Of a stretch of DNA of 28,056 nt, positions 1 to 6,886 are shown one piece after another. Position 1 is the first letter of the stretch. Each line of letters starts with the position of its first letter. This stretch comes from a virus (Duplodnaviria > Caudoviricetes): IMG/VR virus record IMGVR_UViG_3300032233_001815, positions 1-28,056 of that record. The stretch is one strand, 5' to 3'. The notes beneath the pieces are model-generated. The model ran no database searches. It saw only the letters and a list, made by a program, of their open reading frames with translations, and was not told the origin of the DNA. A program made the translations under genes and the position numbers.

Positions 1-1
1 C

Positions 2-493
2 AACTCCGGCGATGTGCAGATCAAATCTGGTGCAGTGAGCGGCACTGGTGTTCGCGGTAAGGTGCTTGTTGACGCAACCTACCTAGATATGAACAGCAAG
101 AAGATCCAGAATCTTTTGGATCCAGCATCGGCTCAGGATGCTTCGACCAAGGCATACGTCGACAGCTCCGTGTCTACCAAAGCATCGAGCGCATCGGTCA
201 CCGCTCTGACGACTCGCGTTTCTACCGTTGAGGCCCTTAAGGTTCAGGTTCAAGCGTATGAGAAGTTCACGCTTGGAGCTGGTGACCTTTCCTCGATCTC
301 TGTCTCGGCAGCGATCAAGGGAACCCCATGGGTCATGCGCGAAGGGATCATGGGCAGACCCGGCACCGACTTCACTTTCAGTGGGTCCACCATTACCTTT
401 GTCGGTCAATGGATTCACCCGAGCGGAGTTAGCTCGGTCGAAGAAGGCGACGAAATCTTTGTGTTCTACATGAAGGAAGTAAGCGCGTTCTAA
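2..493 (+). CDS. C-terminal part of a virion fibre/structural protein (5' truncated by window edge)
   Basis: Frame is open from base 2. KKIQNLLDPASAQDASTKAYVD resembles the trimeric fibre/YadA-stalk neck motif. C-terminal REGIMGRPGTDFTFSGSTITF...GDEIFVFY resembles a beta-sandwich common in virion proteins. Confidence 0.6.
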   Translation, partial: NSGDVQIKSGAVSGTGVRGKVLVDATYLDMNSKKIQNLLDPASAQDASTKAYVDSSVSTKASSASVTALTTRVSTVEALKVQVQAYEKFTLGAGDLSSISVSAAIKGTPWVMREGIMGRPGTDFTFSGSTITFVGQWIHPSGVSSVEEGDEIFVFYMKEVSAF

Positions 494-497
494 AAAG

Positions 498-580
498 TGA
501 ATTGGTCGGGATTCTTCTTCTCGCGTTGCTCTGCGGCATGAGGTAGAAGGCTCGGACAATCAGCATTGTCCTCCAATTCA
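498..580 (+). ncRNA. Candidate structured RNA (multi-stem junction) upstream of a terminator
   Basis: TGAATTGG (498-505) pairs with CCAATTCA (573-580); GGACAAT-cagc-ATTGTCC hairpin (554-571); long GU-rich hairpin at about 506-553. Confidence 0.35.
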
Positions 581-586
581 ATGCGA

Positions 587-628
587 GCGGGGGAGTGATC
601 CGAAAGGGTTGCTCCCCCGTTTCTTTTT
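587..628 (+). terminator. Rho-independent terminator
   Basis: GCGGGGGAGTGATCC-GAAA-GGGTTGCTCCCCCGT, a 15-bp stem with GNRA loop, followed by TTCTTTTT. Confidence 0.85.
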
Positions 629-666
629 GCTTGCGCGAAGGCCGTGTCCGACTGATTCTCTAGGAC

Positions 667-1908
667 ATGATCGTTCATTGCCCACATGACAGGCTCGTGC
701 CCGTTAAGGAATTAAAGGCTCACCCACAGAACCGAAACCAGCATCCCAAGGACCAGATCGAGAGGCTTGCCAAGATCCTCGACTATCAGGGTTGGAGATA
801 CCCGATCAAGGTCAGCAAGCAATCCGGGTTCATTACTTCGGGCCACGGTAGGCTGGAGGCTGCGAAGCAACTCAAGCTCAAGGAAGTGCCGGTCAGCTTT
901 CAAGACTATACGGACGAGGCTCAGGAATACGCCGACCTACAGGCAGACAACGCCATCGCCTCGTGGAGCGAGCTGGACCTGAGCGCCATCAACACGGACA
1001 TCGGAGACCTTGGGCCTGACTTCGATATTGACCTTCTCGGGATCAAGGATTTCGTGATTGAGCCAGCGGACAAGTTAGAGCCTCAGTGCGACGAGGACGA
1101 GGTTCCCGAAGCACTTCCGGAGCCTAAGGTCGTGCGGGGAGAAGTCTACATCCTTGGGAATCATCGACTGATGTGCGGCGACTCGACTGCGATCACGGAT
1201 GTTGAACGGCTGATGGATGGGAAGAAGGCCTCGGTGTGGGCTTCTGATCCGCCGTATGGGATTAGTTATGTGGACGGAGTAGCGAACGAAAAAGGACAGG
1301 CAAAGGGTTATAAACCCATCGCAAATGACGAGCTTCAAGATGAGAAATTAAAAGAGTTTATTTACCAGTCGATAACGACAAGCTTGCCATTCATGAAAAA
1401 GGGGTTTGCCTTCTATATGTGGCACGCAATGAAAATGCAGGCATACTTTTCGCAGGCGGCGGCGGCGGCGGCGGGTATTCTTTTTCATCGACAGATTATA
1501 TGGGTTAAGCCTCAGTTTGTTTTTGGTCGCGGTCAATATCACTGGCGTCACGAATTGTGTCTGATGGGATGGCTCCAAGGTAATGAGCCCCCATTCTATG
1601 GCGAAAGAAATCAAAGCACCGTTTGGGAGATTGGGCGAGAGAACGACAAAATTCACCCGACTCAAAAGCCGATTGCAATCTGGGAACCCAGCATTTTGAA
1701 TCACACTAAGCCCGGAGAAATTGTTTATGAGCCTTTCGCCGGCAGCGGCAGCAATCTGATTGCCTGCGAAAAGAATTCGCGCGCCTGTTATGCAATGGAA
1801 CTTGAGCCCGCCTATGTGGGCGTGATCCTCGACCGCTGGCAGAAATTTACCGGAAAGAAAGCGCATCGCGAGGACGGCAAGCTCTGGGATGAGATCAAGG
1901 TGCAGTGA
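667..1908 (+). CDS. ParB-like N-terminal domain fused to beta-class N6A/N4C DNA methyltransferase
   Basis: N-terminal LKAHPQNRNQH...ITSGHGRLEAA...LQADN (ParB/Srx-like), LGNHRLMCGDST, catalytic SDPPY, HPTQKP, SAM-binding EPFAGSGS. Typical position upstream of terminase. Confidence 0.92.
   Translation: MIVHCPHDRLVPVKELKAHPQNRNQHPKDQIERLAKILDYQGWRYPIKVSKQSGFITSGHGRLEAAKQLKLKEVPVSFQDYTDEAQEYADLQADNAIASWSELDLSAINTDIGDLGPDFDIDLLGIKDFVIEPADKLEPQCDEDEVPEALPEPKVVRGEVYILGNHRLMCGDSTAITDVERLMDGKKASVWASDPPYGISYVDGVANEKGQAKGYKPIANDELQDEKLKEFIYQSITTSLPFMKKGFAFYMWHAMKMQAYFSQAAAAAAGILFHRQIIWVKPQFVFGRGQYHWRHELCLMGWLQGNEPPFYGERNQSTVWEIGRENDKIHPTQKPIAIWEPSILNHTKPGEIVYEPFAGSGSNLIACEKNSRACYAMELEPAYVGVILDRWQKFTGKKAHREDGKLWDEIKVQ
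1456..1473 (+). repeat. (GCG)6 trinucleotide run encoding Ala6 in the methyltransferase
   Basis: cag-GCGGCGGCGGCGGCGGCG-ggt read directly from the sequence. Confidence 0.9.
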
Positions 1909-2264
1909 TGGCCAGACCCAAGAAGCAGATCGACCCGAAAATAGTGCAGGATCTCGCGGCCCTTGGCTGCAAGACCAATGAGATCGCAGTCACCCTTGGC
2001 TGTTCCACCGATACTCTCGAGCGGCGTTTTGCGGCAGAACTTTCAAAAGGACGAGAGAACCTGAGGATCTCGCTCAGGAGATGGCAGCTCGAGGCGGCAA
2101 AGAAGGGCAACGTCGCCATGCTGATCTGGCTTGGCAAGCAGATGCTAGGCCAGACGGAGAAGGTCGAACAGACGAGCGAGGTCAAGGCCCACGTCGAGGC
2201 GATTGAGTACGTCGCAAGCTGGGGTGGCACCAGCGAGCCCACGGGCCCGGGGCATGAAGGCTAG
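1908..2264 (+). CDS. terS: Terminase small subunit
   Basis: MARPKKQID...HTH-like segment...KGNVAMLIWLGKQMLGQ motif; TGATG coupling to the MTase; directly upstream of TerL. Confidence 0.85.
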   Translation: MARPKKQIDPKIVQDLAALGCKTNEIAVTLGCSTDTLERRFAAELSKGRENLRISLRRWQLEAAKKGNVAMLIWLGKQMLGQTEKVEQTSEVKAHVEAIEYVASWGGTSEPTGPGHEG

Positions 2265-3570
2265 GCTTAGGCTTTACAACCCGCATCGGAAGCAACTGGA
2301 GTTTCACTCGAACCCAGCCCGCTATCGGGTGGCCTCATGGGGACGTCAGAGCGGGAAGTCTACGGCTTGCCTGAACGAGCTAGTACGAAGGGCATGGGAG
2401 AACCCGGGGACCAAGTACTGGTTCGTGAGCCCGACTTATCCTCAGGCCCGAATTCAGTATCGCCGGCTTGTAGGGATGCTCTGGTCCTGCCCCGAGGTCG
2501 TGCTCAAGAAGAACCAGACGGAGCTTCGGGTCAAGCTCGCGAACAATTCGGAAATCAGTTTCAGGTCGGGGGAGAATTTCGATAACCTCCGCGGGGAAAC
2601 CCTGCACGGGGTCGTGGTGGATGAGGTGCGCGACCAGCACCCGGAGCTATGGCCTCAAGTTCTCCGCCCCATGCTTACGACCACGAAGGGATGGGCGGCC
2701 TTCGTTTCTACGCCTTCGGGCTTCGATCAGTTCTTTGATCTCGCGGAGCGGGCCAAGTTCGATTCGGACTGGTCGTTTATGTCTGCTCCGTCGACCTGTA
2801 ACCCGTTGTTCACCTATGAGGAGTACGAAGCGGCCAAGCGTGAGCTATCCGAGGCCGAGTTTGCTCAGGAGATCAACGCCGAGTTCCGGGATCTCCACTC
2901 GGGCTCGGTCTACATATGTTACTCGGACGCCAACCTTAGGAACGACACGCCGTTCTCCCGGGAACCCGGTAAACTTTACACGCCTCACCTCCCGATCGTC
3001 ATTGGCCTCGACTTCAACCTCTCGCCCATGGCTTGGGTTCTCGGGCAGGAGCGTTCTGGGGACTTCTACTTCTTTGACGAACTTTTCCTGAAGAAGTCAC
3101 ACACGCAGGAAGCGGCCCTAGAGTTAATCCAAAGGCTCAAACGCTTCGAGGTGTCCCTACCTACCCAAGTGATCCTGATCGGCGACGCCACGGGCAAGGC
3201 AGGGCAGCGTGCGGCCGCGGGGAAGTCCGACTATGCGATCCTGACCGAGATGCTGACCCATGCCGGCATCCGTTGGGAGAACCGAACCCCTGAGGCCAAT
3301 CCCCAAGTCCGGGACCGAATCAACGTAGTCAACGCAAAGCTCAAGAGCGCGACCGGAACGCAGCACCTATGGCTGAACCCCCAGACCTGCCCGAACCTCA
3401 AGCGCGACCTTCAGCGCGTCGTCTGGAAGCAGGGGGCGACCTTTACGCTCGATCAGGGCACGAACCCCGACCTGACCCATATCTCCGACGCGATGGGTTA
3501 CGCCGTCCACGGGATGAGCCGAATGTGGGAACCTTCGGCTGGAGGACTCCGTGTCATTCGCAGACAATAG
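2254..3570 (+). CDS. terL: Terminase large subunit
   Basis: Walker A WGRQSGKS, LRG, Walker B VVVDE, motif III STP, nuclease IGLDFN...HISDAMGY. Start placed at ATG 2254, overlapping the TerS end. Confidence 0.96.
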   Translation: MKARLRLYNPHRKQLEFHSNPARYRVASWGRQSGKSTACLNELVRRAWENPGTKYWFVSPTYPQARIQYRRLVGMLWSCPEVVLKKNQTELRVKLANNSEISFRSGENFDNLRGETLHGVVVDEVRDQHPELWPQVLRPMLTTTKGWAAFVSTPSGFDQFFDLAERAKFDSDWSFMSAPSTCNPLFTYEEYEAAKRELSEAEFAQEINAEFRDLHSGSVYICYSDANLRNDTPFSREPGKLYTPHLPIVIGLDFNLSPMAWVLGQERSGDFYFFDELFLKKSHTQEAALELIQRLKRFEVSLPTQVILIGDATGKAGQRAAAGKSDYAILTEMLTHAGIRWENRTPEANPQVRDRINVVNAKLKSATGTQHLWLNPQTCPNLKRDLQRVVWKQGATFTLDQGTNPDLTHISDAMGYAVHGMSRMWEPSAGGLRVIRRQ

Positions 3571-3574
3571 CCTT

Positions 3575-3660
3575 GGCCCCGTAGCTCAGTGGCAGAGCAC
3601 GGCGTATAGCAGGGACGCCTGCCGTCGTGGGCGCGGGGTTCGATTCCCCCCGGGGCCGCC
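3575..3660 (+). tRNA. tRNA-like element with non-canonical anticodon arm (no assignable isotype)
   Basis: Acceptor GGCCCCG/CGGGGCC, U8A9, D-arm GCTC-AGTGGCA-GAGC, T-arm GGGG-TTCGATT-CCCC. There are 34 nt between D and T arms instead of about 22, and it ends G-CC-T with no encoded CCA. Confidence 0.75.
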
Positions 3661-3718
3661 TTTTATTGTTCGGGTCGGTTGCGCTATCGTAGCAACTACT
3701 CTAGGTTTGGGGGACTCG

Positions 3719-4849
3719 ATGAAACGCAAGACACCTGCCCATCATGCTACCCGGTATCGCGCGTTCACTCACAACCGAGACTTGATGCTTGAGGCCCTTC
3801 ACATCAAGGCCCATCAAATGATTAACGACATTCTCCGGGGCTGCTTCACGCACGTCATCGAGCGGATCGTTTTTCGCTACACCATGGCCCCGCCTCAGTC
3901 GATGCTTGCCGACCCAACCCGTTTCGCAAGTCTTGTCGACAACGACATTGCTCAGGAGTTTCTCCGCGCATCTAGAGAGGTGGCGGCCGTTCTTGCGAGG
4001 CTAAAGATTCATGCTTATACCGTGGCCTTGGTGGGCGAGGCTGAGGCGATCGGTCGAGCCGAAGATCAGGCAACCCTCTATTCGGTAGACCGAAAGGATA
4101 TAGAAGAAAACGCCTTGTACGACTACGACGGCAAGCCGATCACCACGCGCATCGACTTCGCCTTCGACAAGCTACGGCGTAAAATCCTCAACGCGGTGCA
4201 GCTATCCCGAATCAACGAGGACTCTACAAAGGACATGATCGAGCGCGTCCAGAGGGCCCTTCCTCCAAACCGTGCGGTGAAGCGTCCAGCGAAGATCCTA
4301 AAGGGCCTCAGAGAAGCGCGCGTCATGTCCAATGGTCAGGAGATGACGATCCTCAACATCGGGGACAAAGACCCGGACACCGTCAACCTTTCTACGGGCT
4401 TCATGGATGAGGACCTTTGGTCCGAGATCATCGAGGAATACACCAAGGACTACGTCCCATACTACCGCGAGCCAAAGATCGTCGAGGACGTGCCGGTGGG
4501 CGGCCTTATCGAAGAATGGTATGGTTGGGAAATTGAGCAGTACATCACGCACGAGTTCGTGACGCAGGTGCGCGCGGGACAGAACGAGGCCGCGAGGCAA
4601 AACGGAATCAAGGACTTCATGTGGATCGCCATCATCGACGACAAAACGGACGAGTGCTGCGCGTGGCGAGATGGCTTGACCTCTGCGCAGATTGAGGCGA
4701 AATTGAAGCAGCACAAGGACGAGGATTGTGACGTGATCGTTCCGCCAGCGCATTTTAATTGTCGCTGCACGATGGCCCCAATGCTCAACACCATGACCGA
4801 CGAGCCGGTCAGCAACGTGACGGAGTTTGAAGAATGGCTGAACAGCTAG
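3719..4849 (+). CDS. Head morphogenesis protein, SPP1 gp7/Mu gpF family
   Basis: C-terminal WIAIIDDKTDECCAWRDG...PPAHFNCRC signature. Start moved to ATG 3719 (GGGGGA RBS) because the longer ORF runs through the tRNA-like element. Confidence 0.85.
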   Translation: MKRKTPAHHATRYRAFTHNRDLMLEALHIKAHQMINDILRGCFTHVIERIVFRYTMAPPQSMLADPTRFASLVDNDIAQEFLRASREVAAVLARLKIHAYTVALVGEAEAIGRAEDQATLYSVDRKDIEENALYDYDGKPITTRIDFAFDKLRRKILNAVQLSRINEDSTKDMIERVQRALPPNRAVKRPAKILKGLREARVMSNGQEMTILNIGDKDPDTVNLSTGFMDEDLWSEIIEEYTKDYVPYYREPKIVEDVPVGGLIEEWYGWEIEQYITHEFVTQVRAGQNEAARQNGIKDFMWIAIIDDKTDECCAWRDGLTSAQIEAKLKQHKDEDCDVIVPPAHFNCRCTMAPMLNTMTDEPVSNVTEFEEWLNS

Positions 4850-6522
4850 ACAACCCGGTAGCCTCGCAGACGATCAAGGCCAAGGTCGAGGCATACGACC
4901 TCGACGACTCGTTCCATCACAGCCGCGACCCGAAGAACATCAAGTCCGTTCAAGAGCTGCTCGATCTTTTGGAGCGCGACCAATCGGTACAGGTCGAGGC
5001 CCGCGTCCTTTCCTACAACCCCAAGACCGGCGCAAAGGGAGTCAAGAAGCTCGACCGCTCGGGCTTCATGGAAGCCTTTCGCAACGCCGAGAAGAACCTA
5101 GAGGCCGTCAATCTCCGAGAGGCAGAGGACGCTTTCGGTGTAGATGCCGGCGGATACGGCGACCCCGGGCTAGTTGGGCAATCGGACTTCGTTCCGCTGA
5201 TGGGCGGCCCGTTCTACAAGAACCTTTATTTTTACGACTACATTCGTCAGGCAAACGCCGCGTTCTGGGCTTGGAACCACGACCCGATTGCACACCAAGC
5301 GGTAAACATCATCCGAGACTTCACGCTCGGCCGTGGGTTCCGCGTGGACTCGGACAACGAGGCAGCCCTGACGCTCTGGAGGGCCTTCGAGAAGGTCAAC
5401 GACGTTCAGAACTTAATGAAGCAGATCGCCCTCGAACTCTCCCTGTATGGCGAGACGATGATCTGGAAGCTCCCGAACAACCAGACGAAGATCGTTCAAC
5501 GCCCGACCATCGGGCAGGAGATTCCCAAGGGCTTGATTCCTCGCGTGCGCCTCATTGACCCGACTGTCATTTGGGAAGTGGTGACGTGGCCGGAAGATAT
5601 CACCAAAGTTCTCTATTACGTTTGGGTCGCGCCCACGCAGTATCAGGTTTACTCGGGGCTCGAAAAGGACAAGCCGGTCAACTCGTTCAAGTTCATCTTC
5701 CAGACGCTACCGGCCGAGGAAGTGAGCCACTACAAGGTCAACCAAGTATCGAACGAGAAGCGCGGACGCTCCGACCTGTTCTCGGTTCTTGGATTCCTAA
5801 AAAGGCTGCGCGACTCGGTTAGCTATTCTGTCGTGAGCCTTCAAAAGCAAGCGGCGTACTGTATTGACACGACCATCGCAGGGAGTCAGGCCGACATTCA
5901 GGCATACATCGACGACCAGCAGTCGGTTGGGACCATCGCGCCCGCGGGCTCGGAGTTCGTTCACACGGACAAGATCCAGCGCAAGTACATGGGCGTCGAG
6001 GGCGGCAGGGTAGGCCAAAGTCCGACCTTCGATTGGTGCCTCTCTATGGTCGCCTCTGGAATGGGTATTCCCATCTCCTACTTCGGCACGCACATGAGCG
6101 GCGGACAGACGAGGGCCTCGGCCATCGTTGCAACCGAGCCGGTGGCGAAGCGGTTTGAGATGCGCCAAGCGGTTTACGAGCGGATCGTTCTAGACCTTTG
6201 GGACTACGTCATGGAGTGGGCCGGCCTCGGTAACGTCGAGTGTGAGGTGACGTTCCCCGAGCTGATCACACAGGACCGCAGCCAAAAGCTCAAGGACTTG
6301 ATGGCAGCCGAAGCACAGGGCTGGATCTCCAAGGAGCGCGCGGCAAGCATCGCGGCCAAGGAACTCAACATCACGAACTACGACTACGAGTCGGAAAAGA
6401 AGGACATTGACGCGGCCCAGATGGATTTGGGCGCACTTATGCCGCTTTCCTCTGAACCCAAGGAACCGGGTGGTGCAATCCCCGGGGCAGAGCGCAAGAA
6501 AGTGAAGGACGAAAATGTCTAA
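4834..6522 (+). CDS. Portal protein
   Basis: 562 aa in the head module; PIAHQAVNIIRDFTLGRGF, ELSLYGE, EKRGRSDL, GIPISYFG and VTFPELIT are portal-like segments. Confidence 0.85.
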   Translation: MAEQLDNPVASQTIKAKVEAYDLDDSFHHSRDPKNIKSVQELLDLLERDQSVQVEARVLSYNPKTGAKGVKKLDRSGFMEAFRNAEKNLEAVNLREAEDAFGVDAGGYGDPGLVGQSDFVPLMGGPFYKNLYFYDYIRQANAAFWAWNHDPIAHQAVNIIRDFTLGRGFRVDSDNEAALTLWRAFEKVNDVQNLMKQIALELSLYGETMIWKLPNNQTKIVQRPTIGQEIPKGLIPRVRLIDPTVIWEVVTWPEDITKVLYYVWVAPTQYQVYSGLEKDKPVNSFKFIFQTLPAEEVSHYKVNQVSNEKRGRSDLFSVLGFLKRLRDSVSYSVVSLQKQAAYCIDTTIAGSQADIQAYIDDQQSVGTIAPAGSEFVHTDKIQRKYMGVEGGRVGQSPTFDWCLSMVASGMGIPISYFGTHMSGGQTRASAIVATEPVAKRFEMRQAVYERIVLDLWDYVMEWAGLGNVECEVTFPELITQDRSQKLKDLMAAEAQGWISKERAASIAAKELNITNYDYESEKKDIDAAQMDLGALMPLSSEPKEPGGAIPGAERKKVKDENV

Positions 6523-6886
6523 GCTCGCGAAACTGAAGGAACTCGACGCCCAATATCTGTTCGACAACCCGCAAGAGTTCGGGCTTCCGACCTTCGACGA
6601 GTTCCGCCGCAACCCCGAGAAGTACATCGGCCGCGACGACGAGCGGCTGGAGGAAGTGGACCGCGGCGGCGAGCATATCCGGAGCGTAGTCCAGCGGCAC
6701 ATCTATGAGATCGAGGGATACCGCTGCAAGACCCTCGAAGAAGTTGAACGCATCGCGTCAAGTCAGGGTATCCCGCTCAGGGAACTAGACTATCGGCCCG
6801 AGGTAGTTCCCTCTTCCGCGGGGAAGTGCGATCTTTTGGTAAGGTTCGTCAACAAGAATACGCGCGCACGCCGGGACGCATGGTGA
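6515..6886 (+). CDS. Hypothetical head-module protein (123 aa)
   Basis: AAGGA RBS, overlaps both neighbours, phage-typical codon use; no recognised motif. Confidence 0.75.
   Translation: MSKLAKLKELDAQYLFDNPQEFGLPTFDEFRRNPEKYIGRDDERLEEVDRGGEHIRSVVQRHIYEIEGYRCKTLEEVERIASSQGIPLRELDYRPEVVPSSAGKCDLLVRFVNKNTRARRDAW

Noticed and set aside
3605-3611. Calling the tRNA-like element tRNA-Leu(TAG)
   Set aside because: TAG falls at positions 34-36 by counting, but positions 39-43 (GGGAC) do not pair with 27-31 and position 33 is A rather than U.
3551-3718. N-terminal extension of the MuF ORF
   Set aside because: It reads through the tRNA-like element; ATG 3719 has a proper RBS.
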